Shown here piece after piece: positions 52,473-62,873 of a stretch of DNA of 64,000 nt (position 1 is its first letter; each line of letters starts with the position of its first letter). The notes below the pieces were generated by a model. The model was not told the origin of the DNA, searched no databases, and was given only the letters and a program-made list of their open reading frames with translations. Location: positions 8,392-72,391 of the forward strand of contig CANRQR010000003.1 of NCBI GenBank assembly GCA_947641735.1, read 5' to 3'. The stretch is from an uncultured Lactobacillus sp. (GTDB lineage: Bacteria > Bacillota > Bacilli > Lactobacillales > Lactobacillaceae). The position numbers were made by a program, and so were the translations under genes.

Positions 52473-52558
52473 TTTTCTTCCCCTTATAGTAAATTTAGTA
52501 CCATTATACTAAAAAACAACAAAAAATAAGTCGGCTTTTATAAGCCAACTTATTCTAT

Positions 52559-53371
52559 TTATTCTGCTTCTTCAAAGGTAATTCTTCTAGCAATAACCTG
52601 CTTTTGAAGTGCGGGGGTTGTTCTGAAATCAGTAAGCCATTTACTTTGAGCCGTATCACTCCCTGCAGCAATTGCATCAGCTAAATTTCTAACAGGAGTG
52701 TATCCTTTAAGCATCCCAGCTAAGAACGTTCCAAGTAAGGCATCTCCACTACCACTACTATCAACTTCTTCAATTTCAGGCGCATGTGCCATTAAAGCAT
52801 CCATCATATTAACAATTGCAGCACCATTTGCACCTAAGGACAACAGAACATGTTGTGCTCCTTTGACTACTAAGCGATGAGCCATATCAATTAATTCTTT
52901 TGTAGTTACTTCCTTGTCATCTTTTTCGAACCAATGCTTCAATTCAGTTTCATTTGGCTTAATTAATAATGGATTCATTGGCAAGATATCAAGTACGTTT
53001 TCATAAGGAACATCTACTACTAATGCAGCTGCTCTTTGATCAGCAACTTTAGCCAAATCAGTTAGATAAACTGGATCTATTCCCTTAGCAAAGCTTCCGG
53101 CAATTACTAAAATGTCACCAGCTTTTAAGACTTTCAAATAATCCAATAATTTTTGTTGGTTTTTAGCAGTAATTTTAATTCCACGAGTTTGCTCAATAAA
53201 TTGATTCTCAATCTCTGCTCTATCAAGCTCTTCTGCTACTTGCTCTACATTTTTGTGATTTACAATTCCAGTCGCAATTGAATCAATGCCTAATTTTTTC
53301 AAAATAAGTGAAATATTAATTCCTTTACCTACTACACTTTCACTAGGATCTAAGGTTACTGTATAAATCAA
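52559..53371 (-). CDS. PfkB/FruK-like kinase lacking lid segments
   Basis: IYTVTL, GKGINIS, AGS, KPNETE, LSLGANGA, DSSGSGD; TTG start after GGAGGA. Confidence 0.8.
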   Translation of the reverse strand: MIYTVTLDPSESVVGKGINISLILKKLGIDSIATGIVNHKNVEQVAEELDRAEIENQFIEQTRGIKITAKNQQKLLDYLKVLKAGDILVIAGSFAKGIDPVYLTDLAKVADQRAAALVVDVPYENVLDILPMNPLLIKPNETELKHWFEKDDKEVTTKELIDMAHRLVVKGAQHVLLSLGANGAAIVNMMDALMAHAPEIEEVDSSGSGDALLGTFLAGMLKGYTPVRNLADAIAAGSDTAQSKWLTDFRTTPALQKQVIARRITFEEAE

Positions 53372-53481
53372 AATTATATCCTCCATGCTTTTTTCATAGT
53401 TTATTATAAGACAAAAAAGACATGATTCCCATTAGGATCATGTCTTTCATGTATTTAGTCTATTTGAAAATTGTTATCAAA

Positions 53482-56007
53482 TTATCTGTAAGTTCCCCAT
53501 GCTTGGTTATTCAAACGACCAACTAAATAACCGTATTGACCATTTGCACGTGGTTGTCTTAACCATACATAGTTACCAGAACGATAGTATGCATCGTATT
53601 TAATTACAGTATTAATTGGTAAAGTTTCAATAATTGGGCTAGTAGTACTTGCACCTGTTCTTAAGTTAATTGCTCCGCCAGTAATGAAAGTACCATTTTG
53701 CTTAGTCCAACTAGCATTGTTATTAGTAGTTACTTGCTTAGGAGTAGTTTGTTGAACAGGCTTATTAGCTACTGTATTAGTAGCTTTAGCAGAACCTTCT
53801 TTGAATGTTCCCCATGCTTGACCATTATTACGTCCTACTAAGTAACCGTATTCGTTATTTGCACGTGGTTGTCTTAACCATGTGTATTGACCTTCAGTAC
53901 GGTAAGCATCGTACTTAACTTCAGTGTTTGTTGGAAGCATTGCAATTACTTTACTGTTAGTGCTTGCTCCAGTTCTCAAGTTAATTGCTCCACCGGTTAC
54001 AAAGACACCGTTTTGCTTAGTCCAATCACTGTTTACGTTAGTGTTTGTACTTGGCTTGTTAGCTGGCTGTGCTGGTTTATTAGCAGGCTTAGTTTCTGCT
54101 GGCTTACTTGCTGTTGAAGAACCTTCCTTGAATGTTCCCCATGCTTGACCATTATTACGTCCTACTAAGTAACCGTATTCGTTATTTGCACGTGGTTGTC
54201 TTAACCATGTGTATTGACCAATTGTGCGGTAAGCATCGTATTTAACTTCTGAGTTTGCTGGTAATTGGGCAATTACTTTGCTATCAGTGCTTGCACCAGT
54301 TCTCAAGTTAATTGCTCCGCCAGTTACAAAGACGCCGTTTTGCTTAGTCCAGTCGCTGTTTGCATTAGTGTTTGTACTTGGCTTTTCTACTGGCTTAGTT
54401 TCAGTTGGTTGTGCTGGTTTATTAGCAGGTTTAGTTTCGGCTGGCTTAGCAGTGGTTGCTGAACCTTCTTTGAATGTTCCCCATGCTTGACCATTATTAC
54501 GTCCTACTAAGTAGCCGTATTCGTTGTTTGCACGTGGTTGTCTTAACCATGTGTATTGACCAATGGTACGGTAAGCATCGTATTTAACTTCTGAGTTTGC
54601 TGGTAATTGAGTAATGACTTTGCTATCAGTGCTTGCACCAGTTCTTAAGTTAATTGCTCCGCCAGTTACAAAGACACCGTTTTGCTTAGTCCAGTCACTG
54701 TTTACGTTAGTGGTTGTACTTGGCTTTTCTGCTGGCTTAGTTTCAGTTGGTTGTGCTGGTTTATTAGCAGGTTTAGTTTCGGCTGGCTTAGCAGTGGTTG
54801 CTGAACCTTCTTTGAATGTTCCCCATGCTTGACCATTATTACGTCCTACTAAGTAGCCGTATTCGTTGTTTGCACGTGGTTGTCTTAACCATGTGTATTG
54901 ACCAATGGTACGGTAAGCATCGTATTTAACTTCTGAGTTTGCTGGTAATTGAGTAATGACTTTGCTATCAGTGCTTGCACCAGTTCTTAAGTTAATTGCT
55001 CCGCCAGTTACAAAGACACCGTTTTGCTTAGTCCAGTCACTGTTTACGTTAGTGGTTGTACTTGGCTTTTCTGCTGGCTTAGTTTCAGTTGGTTGTGCTG
55101 GTTGTGTACTGTTATTATTATTTGGCTTAGCAGTAGCATTACTATTGTTAATAATTGGATTTGCAGGTGCTTGACTACTGCTTTGACCGTTATTAGCATT
55201 GGAATTATTGGTATTAGCAGCGTTAGTTGAGGTGTCGTTATTATCAGCAGTAGTCTTATTTGAAAGAGGAACTACATTAACATTTCCGTCAACATTTTGG
55301 CCACGCCAATTTTGCGTATATTGCCAAATAGCTACATTATCCATTGATGGGAAGTAATTGTAGTCAGGATTATCTTCACGACCATTAGTTTTGTACTTAG
55401 CTACCCATAATGAATTTGGATATTTTTCAGTGATCTTATTAGTATCTACCTTATTCTTTAATAGCGACTCACTAGAATATAGCATTGGATTATATCCACC
55501 ATTGTGAACAGTATCCATAAAACTAGTAATTGCATTAGTATTATCTTCGATACTACCAGTAGTCTTGTTATTAGGATCTTGTTCCCAATCAGCTGCTAAA
55601 TACGATCCCTGTTGTAATCCAGCAGATTTTGCAGAATTAACTGCATAATTTCCTTCTTGAACGGCTTGATTACTGTTATCACCAAAGTGAGTATAGTGAT
55701 AGCCCATTGGCATCATATTATTTTGTTCAGCACTGTTAACTTGACTTTGAGCTCTAGGGTTTTGATAATTTGTACCTTCAGATACCTTCACTACAGCAAA
55801 TTGAGCCCCTGACTTAGCTTGTTGAGTTAAGTCCTTGCCTTGCCAACTCGAAACATCTACACCAGCAGATTTTGCAGGTACAGTATCAGTTGCGGCTTGT
55901 GCTACTTGATGAGTTTTAGTAACTCCCACAGGATCAATAATTGCTAAAGCTGTCATAGCACTAGCACAAGCTAATGCACTAATAAATTTCTTATTTGTTG
56001 AACGCAT
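53482..56007 (-). CDS. GH25 muramidase with five SH3b cell-wall-binding repeats
   Basis: Signal peptide, GVDVSSWQG, KVSEG, ADWE, WQYT; repeats GGAINLRTGAST...YLVGR. Confidence 0.92.
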   Translation of the reverse strand: MRSTNKKFISALACASAMTALAIIDPVGVTKTHQVAQAATDTVPAKSAGVDVSSWQGKDLTQQAKSGAQFAVVKVSEGTNYQNPRAQSQVNSAEQNNMMPMGYHYTHFGDNSNQAVQEGNYAVNSAKSAGLQQGSYLAADWEQDPNNKTTGSIEDNTNAITSFMDTVHNGGYNPMLYSSESLLKNKVDTNKITEKYPNSLWVAKYKTNGREDNPDYNYFPSMDNVAIWQYTQNWRGQNVDGNVNVVPLSNKTTADNNDTSTNAANTNNSNANNGQSSSQAPANPIINNSNATAKPNNNNSTQPAQPTETKPAEKPSTTTNVNSDWTKQNGVFVTGGAINLRTGASTDSKVITQLPANSEVKYDAYRTIGQYTWLRQPRANNEYGYLVGRNNGQAWGTFKEGSATTAKPAETKPANKPAQPTETKPAEKPSTTTNVNSDWTKQNGVFVTGGAINLRTGASTDSKVITQLPANSEVKYDAYRTIGQYTWLRQPRANNEYGYLVGRNNGQAWGTFKEGSATTAKPAETKPANKPAQPTETKPVEKPSTNTNANSDWTKQNGVFVTGGAINLRTGASTDSKVIAQLPANSEVKYDAYRTIGQYTWLRQPRANNEYGYLVGRNNGQAWGTFKEGSSTASKPAETKPANKPAQPANKPSTNTNVNSDWTKQNGVFVTGGAINLRTGASTNSKVIAMLPTNTEVKYDAYRTEGQYTWLRQPRANNEYGYLVGRNNGQAWGTFKEGSAKATNTVANKPVQQTTPKQVTTNNNASWTKQNGTFITGGAINLRTGASTTSPIIETLPINTVIKYDAYYRSGNYVWLRQPRANGQYGYLVGRLNNQAWGTYR
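53800..55100. repeat. ~342-bp tandem repeats (SH3b + linker)
   Basis: Near-identical blocks; opposite-strand ORFs end at 54148, 54490, 54832 and 55174 (342-bp period). Confidence 0.9.
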
Positions 56008-56061
56008 TAAAAAACTTTCTCCTCCAAAAAATTTTAATGAAACAATCTAATCTTTTATAAA

Positions 56062-58149
56062 TTAACGAACTAGTACTGACTTGGCAGATATCCATTGATT
56101 TCCACCAAGGTCGTACCAAGTTTGTCCGTTAACATTAGCTACACGGAAATATCTCCAACTTGAACCATCTTTCAAGAACTTACCTGAAATTTGATCTTGG
56201 CCTGGAACACGCCATACTGCTACACCGTAGTCTGGTTTAGAATTAATAGTTAATACACCAGATTTTGCAGTGATTTGTGCTTCTTGAGTAGTATATTTTG
56301 CCATAATCCATTTACCATTACTAATTTCATAATATAAGTTTCCGTTAGCATATTTTGAAGCTATAACTACAAATGCACTACCAGCTTCAACTTGTTGGTT
56401 TAATTTTTGACCATTTGGAGCTGATAAAACTTGGGTAGTCTTAGTTACTTTAACCAAAACAGTAGAAGCAGCCTTTGGAGCAGTATTAGTACTAATCCAT
56501 TGAGTACCATAGCTATTATTTGCAGCTGCAGTAGATACAGCACTTTGGTAACTTTGTACTGGTGCAACATTTTCAACTGAAGCAGTTGGCTTTACAACAG
56601 TTTTAGCACTAATAGTTACTGGAGTGGTCTTAACTTCTTTAACTTCAACCTTCTTAGGTTTTACTACTGGAGCTTCAACTACTTTAGCTGATTCTTCTAC
56701 GGGAGTAGTCTTAACAGCTGGAGTAGTTTCTTTCTTTACAGTTTCAACTGGTTTTACTACTGGGGCTTCAGCTTTCTTAACTTCAGCCACCTTAACAACT
56801 GGAGTGGTTTCCTTCTTTACAGTTTTAGCTGGTTTTACTACTGGGGCTTCAGCTTTCTTAACTTCAGCTACCTTAACAACTGGAGTGGTTTCTTTCTTTA
56901 CAGTTTCAGCATTTTTAACTGTATTAGTAGTCTTAACTTCAGGAGTTTTAACTACTGGTGCAGAGTTAGTTTCTTTATTTTCAGCTTTAGGAGCTTCAAC
57001 TTTTACAGGCGTAGTCTTAGCTGGTTCAGCCTTAACAGCCTCTTTTTTAACTTCTTCTTTCTTAACTGAAGCTGCTGCTAATGAAGTAGCTAATTGTTTA
57101 ACTGGCTGAGCTGCCTTAGTTTCAGCTTTAACATTCAAAGTCGTAGTTTGGGCTGGAGTTTTAACTTCTGCAACTTTCTTTGTTTCAACAGTGGCTGCTT
57201 TAACTGGAGCTGCAGGAGCTTGACTCTTAGCTTGTTGAGTTTGCACTACTGTAGTCTTAACTGGTTGGCTAGCTTGGTTGTTAGTAGTTGTAGTTTGCTT
57301 ATTACTATTATTAGTATTAGCAGTGGCATTGTTAGCAGTAGTGTTATTAGTAATTGGGCTAAATGCAAGTGCATTAATCCAGCCATTACCAATAAATGCA
57401 CGTTTTACACCATTGTTATAAGTAATATACTTAGTAACATTTACGTTTTGACCAACTCTTGCAGTATCTACTTGTGTACCAACACTAGGATCAACTGGTG
57501 CACTCGTAATTGGCGTTGTTTGTGCAACTGTACGGTTTTCGTTAACAACTTGGGTAACGGGATCGTATTTGTCAAAACCATTAGTTGCAATCACACTATT
57601 AAGCGTCTTAGCATAATTTGGATCAGTAGCGTATTTACCTTGTAAACCATTTTGAGTTGCTTGAGCATAGTTATTTGAGTTTTCTACCCAAGTACCAGAG
57701 TAATAGTTACCCATTTGGTTACGTAATAAAGCACCATTATCTTCAAATGATTCAGTATACGATGGATACTTTCTGAATCCGGCATTAGTAGTGTAGTAAC
57801 CCCCATTACCGTATTCGCCAGTATTCATGTTTACAGATTGACCATTGTAAGAACCCTTAATACCAAATAAGTTATTATTAGGTTCTTGTGACAGACCTGA
57901 TTGGTCCCAAGCTGATTCAACTGTTGCTTGAGCAAGCATAACTGAAGTATAAGTACCATACTTAGATGATGCAGTCGTAGCAGCTGGAATAGCTTTATTT
58001 AAAAATTCTTGTTTATAGGTTGCAGCTTGAACAGTACCTTCACCAGTTTTTAAAGGATTATCTGGTTTAAGGTTGTTGGTAACTGATATACCGGCAGTGG
58101 TTATAAGTGCCGCGGTAGCAATACCAGTGAATGTTCGTTTTTTCATCAC
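56062..58149 (-). CDS. GH73 N-acetylglucosaminidase/autolysin with Val/Lys/Pro-rich linker and C-terminal SLAP-like domain
   Basis: AQATVES, NNLFGIKG, FRKYPSY, YATDPNY; C-terminal WYDLGGNQWI. Confidence 0.88.
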   Translation of the reverse strand: MMKKRTFTGIATAALITTAGISVTNNLKPDNPLKTGEGTVQAATYKQEFLNKAIPAATTASSKYGTYTSVMLAQATVESAWDQSGLSQEPNNNLFGIKGSYNGQSVNMNTGEYGNGGYYTTNAGFRKYPSYTESFEDNGALLRNQMGNYYSGTWVENSNNYAQATQNGLQGKYATDPNYAKTLNSVIATNGFDKYDPVTQVVNENRTVAQTTPITSAPVDPSVGTQVDTARVGQNVNVTKYITYNNGVKRAFIGNGWINALAFSPITNNTTANNATANTNNSNKQTTTTNNQASQPVKTTVVQTQQAKSQAPAAPVKAATVETKKVAEVKTPAQTTTLNVKAETKAAQPVKQLATSLAAASVKKEEVKKEAVKAEPAKTTPVKVEAPKAENKETNSAPVVKTPEVKTTNTVKNAETVKKETTPVVKVAEVKKAEAPVVKPAKTVKKETTPVVKVAEVKKAEAPVVKPVETVKKETTPAVKTTPVEESAKVVEAPVVKPKKVEVKEVKTTPVTISAKTVVKPTASVENVAPVQSYQSAVSTAAANNSYGTQWISTNTAPKAASTVLVKVTKTTQVLSAPNGQKLNQQVEAGSAFVVIASKYANGNLYYEISNGKWIMAKYTTQEAQITAKSGVLTINSKPDYGVAVWRVPGQDQISGKFLKDGSSWRYFRVANVNGQTWYDLGGNQWISAKSVLVR
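56715..56910. repeat. ~81-bp tandem repeat (TVKKETTPVVKVAEVKKAEAPVVKP x~2.5)
   Basis: Visible in both DNA and protein. Confidence 0.8.
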
Positions 58150-58349
58150 TTAAACTCCCTCCAATTTACATACACCCTTTATTGTAGTTTGGCAAGTTGC
58201 CAGATACAACCGAACAAACATTCTGAAATAAAAAAGTAACATAAATTACATACTTTCATCTCAAAATAAAAAGAGTAATGCCGAAACATTACCCTTTTAA
58301 GAGTTTATTTAATAACTTAATCAAGTTTCTTATCTCAAAAAACATCGTC

Positions 58350-58589
58350 CTAATTCTTTTCACTATCATCAAACACAGAAGTAACTGTACGTTCAACATA
58401 TTGAGCAGATAAAGGAGCCTGATATTGATCAACTTCTTCCTTTACAAATAAGTTAGCTTCACACATTTCGTTCATAGCATCCTTAACTTCATTTTCAGTC
58501 AAGTTTTCTGCTGCATCCGGTAAAGATAGATTTACTTTCTTATTTTTAGCGTTTTTAAATGTAAGTCTTAATGTTTTAGTAGTAGTCAT
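58350..58589 (-). CDS. DUF2922 family protein
   Basis: KTLRLTFKNA..KKVNLSLPDA...AQYVERTVT. Confidence 0.8.
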   Translation of the reverse strand: MTTTKTLRLTFKNAKNKKVNLSLPDAAENLTENEVKDAMNEMCEANLFVKEEVDQYQAPLSAQYVERTVTSVFDDSEKN

Positions 58590-58629
58590 TTTTTATTCTC
58601 CTAAATTTTTCTTTATTTATGTGTTTTTC

Positions 58630-58839
58630 TTAAGCTTGAATATCTGAATATGAAATTAGTCTAGCAGTTTTAATACCATCATCTTTCTGCAACTTAGATA
58701 AGGCATTTCCTACTTTCATTACTTCTTCAGCACTAGCTTGCTTCTTAACATTTTTTAAAATTCTACTTTTCTTACCATTGCTATATTTTTCACCTGCAAA
58801 AGTAAATTGAACTGATTAATCCTTTAAAATAAATTCCAT
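58630..58839 (-). pseudogene. DUF1659-like gene with premature stop at codon 8
   Basis: GAGG RBS; MEFILKD*SVQFTFAGEKYSNGKKSRILKNVKKQASAEEVMKVGNALSKLQ...; upstream of DUF2922. Confidence 0.7.
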
Positions 58840-59017
58840 TTTTATACCTCTAAATAGTCAAACTGATAATTAATTTTTGTAAGTCAGCACCGGTGAATTG
58901 CCTTACACTATTACTAACGATTTATCTCAAAAAATTGTGCCACTTTTTCAACAAATTTTTCATACGTGAATTTGGTATAATTTAAGTAAGATAAATTCAT
59001 TTTTATAGGAGGAAAAA

Positions 59018-60082
59018 ATGATGAAACGATCAAAACTCGGAGTTGCCATTACGGCATTCTTCATTACCTTTTTAGCAGTTGGATGTTCAAACACATCATC
59101 AAATAATTCATCTAATAGTGGTTCCGACAAGTACACCACCTATATGAATCAAGGAAAAGATGCTGCTTCTAGTCAAAAATATGAAACAGCTGAAGAAAAA
59201 TTTGAAGATGCACATGATGTAAAATCCACTTCTGAATCAAAAGCTTATGCAGATCAAGCTGGCGACATGAAGGATGCTCAAGAAGAAATTAGAGAATATG
59301 AATTTAAAGATGCCTTAGGTGAATTAGATAAAGCAGCCAACAAGACCAATGGCTACTCAGTAATGACTAAGCAAGCTTCTAAACTCTACAAGACAATCGA
59401 CAAGGTTCAAGATCATATCACTAATGATATTAATCCTTTGTACAAGAAGGCTAAACTAAGCTACAGAGACGGGGACTACCAAGCAGCAGTCGAATCTTGT
59501 GATCAAATTTTAGACTTACCTTACATTAATAGTAAGTATTATAAGAAGGTAAAGAAGAACGTTAAACATTTACGTAAAGTTGCTAATGCAAAATTAAACA
59601 GCGAAAATGTTAACGATGACATTGACACTGAAAACCTAGATGCTAATGATGACGATGAAGCTACTACTTCAAACAAGCAAAGTTCTAACTCAAAATCTAG
59701 CTCATCAAACAGTAGTAATACTAACAACACTAGTTCTAACTCTAACAAGAGTTCAAGTAATTCAAATAGCTCAAACTCTCAAGACAACAATGCTGCAAGT
59801 CAAAAATCTAGCGCAACAAGCTCAAGCAGCAACACTACAGCTAATAATAACAATTCAAATACTAATTCTTCATCAACTTCAAGTAATGATAGTATGATGA
59901 TTAACGGTCAAACAGTTACTGGTAGAGTAATTTCTCAAACCCGTAATCAACTAAGTTCAATTGGCGTTGATACTAGTTCATGGTCTGATCAAAAAGTAGT
60001 TAACTTCATGAGATCAGCTGCTAATAGTGGTCATACTACAATTGATTCTTACACCAAACAAGATGTAGAAAACTTTAAATAA
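59018..60082 (+). CDS. Lipoprotein with helical (TPR-like) region and Ser/Asn-rich linker
   Basis: Lipobox LAVGC; AGGAGG RBS. Confidence 0.8.
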   Translation: MMKRSKLGVAITAFFITFLAVGCSNTSSNNSSNSGSDKYTTYMNQGKDAASSQKYETAEEKFEDAHDVKSTSESKAYADQAGDMKDAQEEIREYEFKDALGELDKAANKTNGYSVMTKQASKLYKTIDKVQDHITNDINPLYKKAKLSYRDGDYQAAVESCDQILDLPYINSKYYKKVKKNVKHLRKVANAKLNSENVNDDIDTENLDANDDDEATTSNKQSSNSKSSSSNSSNTNNTSSNSNKSSSNSNSSNSQDNNAASQKSSATSSSSNTTANNNNSNTNSSSTSSNDSMMINGQTVTGRVISQTRNQLSSIGVDTSSWSDQKVVNFMRSAANSGHTTIDSYTKQDVENFK

Positions 60083-60168
60083 GCCCTATAAAATTTGCTT
60101 TTGATTGTAATTCAATGTAAGATTATATTGAATTTTTGTACAGCTAGACAGTAAAGGAGCTCTTAACT

Positions 60169-60588
60169 TTGACTGAAGACAAGAAGAACACCGAAGAAAC
60201 TCAAGAAAAAGAAGAATTTGAAGTAGTTATGCCAGAGGCAAATCGTGTAGAAATGCCAGCTACTGAATTTAAAGAACAACCAGATTACTTAAAGACATTT
60301 GCTAACTTCTATATTTCAAAATTTGACGAAAGCGATCTTGAAATTATGGATGTTTATGATGGTAATCATGATGTTATCGAAATTAATACATACTTAACTA
60401 ACAATATGGCTTTCAGCCGTCGCAACTTGGTTAAACATGTTTTAAATATTCATGGAGACCGTTTTATGGATATGCTTAACAACATCCAAAAACAAACTGG
60501 CGTAGATCCACAAAACATGAAGACTTACGAAGATTGGGAAAAATGGTACACTGATCGTCGTAACGAGATTAAACAAACTCTTTCATAA
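60169..60588 (+). CDS. Hypothetical acidic protein
   Basis: 139 aa, TTG start after AAGGAG RBS. Confidence 0.75.
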   Translation: MTEDKKNTEETQEKEEFEVVMPEANRVEMPATEFKEQPDYLKTFANFYISKFDESDLEIMDVYDGNHDVIEINTYLTNNMAFSRRNLVKHVLNIHGDRFMDMLNNIQKQTGVDPQNMKTYEDWEKWYTDRRNEIKQTLS

Positions 60589-60727
60589 AAAAATCACAAA
60601 TTATTAGTTGCATATTGAATCCTAAAGGAACAAAATAGTGCTAGTAAAAAAGAATGTATTGTTTTAATACATTCTTTTTTATTTATCTAAAATGTCATTA
60701 CGTTTTATTTTATTAGGAAATTTTAAT

Positions 60728-62725
60728 ATGAATAATGGTGTACGAAAAAAGGTCACTCTAGCTGGCCTTTTAGTTTCAATTGGAATCGTCTATGGCGATA
60801 TTGGTACAAGTCCTCTCTATGTTATGAAGGCAATTGTGAATGAAAATGGAGGAATTGCTAGTGTTAACAGAGAATATATAGTCGGATCTATCTCTCTTAT
60901 TCTTTGGACAATAACTCTTTTAACAACAGTTAAGTATGTTCTAATTGCTCTTAAAGCGACTAACCATGGTGAGGGTGGTATTTTTTCACTTTATGCTTTG
61001 GTTAGAAAAAAGGCCAAATGGTTAGTTCTTCCTGCTTTAATTGGTGGAGCTGCCTTGCTTGCAGACGGCACACTGACACCTGCAGTTACTGTCACGACAG
61101 CAATTGAAGGTCTTAAAAACATGAGATTTGGCAATGATATTCCCGTTCCTAATCAAAACAGTGTTCTTATTATTACCATCATCATTCTTTTATTTTTATT
61201 TTCCATCCAAAGAATGGGAACTAGTATAATTGGAAAAACTTTTGGGCCAATTATGCTTATCTGGTTTACTTTTTTAGGTTTAACTGGTGCTATGAACCTA
61301 AGTCATGACTTGTCGCTCCTTGAGGCTCTCAACCCTGTGTTAGCAGTCAAAATTTTGTTTAGCCCAGCAAATAAGGTTGGTGGCTTAATCCTAGGAGCTG
61401 TCTTTTTAGCAACTACAGGGGCAGAAGCACTTTATTCAGACGTAGGCCACGTAGGAAAAGGCAATATCATGACTTCTTGGCCTTACGTCTTTATTTGTCT
61501 AGCCTTGAACTATCTTGGTCAAGGAGTATGGATTTTAGAAAATCCTAACTACCATGCTGGTAATACCGACTTTAATCCTTTCTTTGAAGCTCTTCCAAGT
61601 CAGTGGAAATTTTTTGCCATCATTTTAGCTACCTTAGCAGCCATTATCGCTTCTCAGGCTTTAATTACTGGATCTTTTACATTAGTTTCAGAAGCAAGTG
61701 GCTTAAAATTTTTACCAAGGATGAAGATTATTTATCCCTCAACTGAACAAGGCCAGATCTTCATCCCTTCTATTAATAAAATGCTTTGCGCTGCTACAAT
61801 CGGAATTGTCTTTTTATTTAAGACATCAGAACACATGGAGGCAGCTTACGGGTTAGCAATTACTGTTACCATGCTAATGACGACAATATTACTTTTTGAG
61901 TACCTATCTCTAAAAAAAGTTAACATCTTGTTACGCTTAGTTTTTCTGTTTTTGTTCGGTGCAATTGAAAGTATGTTTTTAATTTCCAGTTTAGCTAAGT
62001 TTTTACATGGCGGTTATGTAACAGTAATTATTGCTGCCTTTATCGGTGCAATTATGTATATTTGGTATTTTGGTAACAAAGTTCGTGATAGACGCGAAGC
62101 TAAAAATGCTTACGTGCGTTTAGACGAATACACTTCCATGCTAAGTAATTTAAGTCATGATGATAGTGTGCCTTTATACGCGACAAATTTAGTTTATATG
62201 GCTAAGGTTAAGTACAATAAGTTTATCAAGCGCGATATACTCTACTCAATTTTAGACAAACGTCCAAAACGGGCCCATGCATATTGGTTTGTCACTGTTA
62301 ATGTAACTAACGAACCCTTTACCGCCGAATATGCAATTAATACTTACGGCACAAAAAACGTGATTAACGTTCAACTATATTTAGGTTTTAAACAACAGCA
62401 AAAAGTTAATGTTTATCTACGACAAATAGTTCACGAGCTAATTAAAGATGGTACAATCGAATCTCAGCCACAAGAATACACCACGACTCCCGGTCGTGAC
62501 GTTGGAGATTTTAAATTTGTAATTGTAAATGATGTGATTAGTCCACAAACTCAATTAAATACTTATGAAAAGTGGTTAGTTGAAAGTCGTGTCTGGCTTC
62601 AAAATTTATCTTCTAATCCTGCTGTTTGGTTTGGATTAGAATATGCTGATACAGTAGTTGAACGAGTTCCATTAATCCTAGGCTCACAAAATATTAAATC
62701 AATTCAAAGAACTAAATTGAAATAA
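60728..62725 (+). CDS. kup: KUP/HAK/KT potassium uptake protein
   Basis: [29 protein letters not shown]. Confidence 0.95.
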   Translation: MNNGVRKKVTLAGLLVSIGIVYGDIGTSPLYVMKAIVNENGGIASVNREYIVGSISLILWTITLLTTVKYVLIALKATNHGEGGIFSLYALVRKKAKWLVLPALIGGAALLADGTLTPAVTVTTAIEGLKNMRFGNDIPVPNQNSVLIITIIILLFLFSIQRMGTSIIGKTFGPIMLIWFTFLGLTGAMNLSHDLSLLEALNPVLAVKILFSPANKVGGLILGAVFLATTGAEALYSDVGHVGKGNIMTSWPYVFICLALNYLGQGVWILENPNYHAGNTDFNPFFEALPSQWKFFAIILATLAAIIASQALITGSFTLVSEASGLKFLPRMKIIYPSTEQGQIFIPSINKMLCAATIGIVFLFKTSEHMEAAYGLAITVTMLMTTILLFEYLSLKKVNILLRLVFLFLFGAIESMFLISSLAKFLHGGYVTVIIAAFIGAIMYIWYFGNKVRDRREAKNAYVRLDEYTSMLSNLSHDDSVPLYATNLVYMAKVKYNKFIKRDILYSILDKRPKRAHAYWFVTVNVTNEPFTAEYAINTYGTKNVINVQLYLGFKQQQKVNVYLRQIVHELIKDGTIESQPQEYTTTPGRDVGDFKFVIVNDVISPQTQLNTYEKWLVESRVWLQNLSSNPAVWFGLEYADTVVERVPLILGSQNIKSIQRTKLK

Positions 62726-62873
62726 ATATTTTTAATTAATCGCCTGCAGATACTTGCAACTCTTGCGCAAATAGATGAAAATAGATATGTTTAAAAAAAG
62801 AATGTCTTTTCGGCATTCTTTTTTACGTTATTGAATATTTAGCTATTTGGCTATTTATTGGGAGAATATAATA

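Noticed and set aside
53800-55100. Regular direct repeats as a possible CRISPR array
   Set aside because: 342-bp in-frame coding repeats with no unique spacers and no cas genes
53887-57645. Many short + strand ORFs opposite the two autolysin genes, some near-identical
   Set aside because: Shadow ORFs produced by repeats and codon bias of the real - strand genes; no RBS
58207-58224. CGAACAAACATTCT upstream of the GH73 autolysin as a LexA box or PurBox
   Set aside because: Mismatched to both consensuses and lacking supporting context
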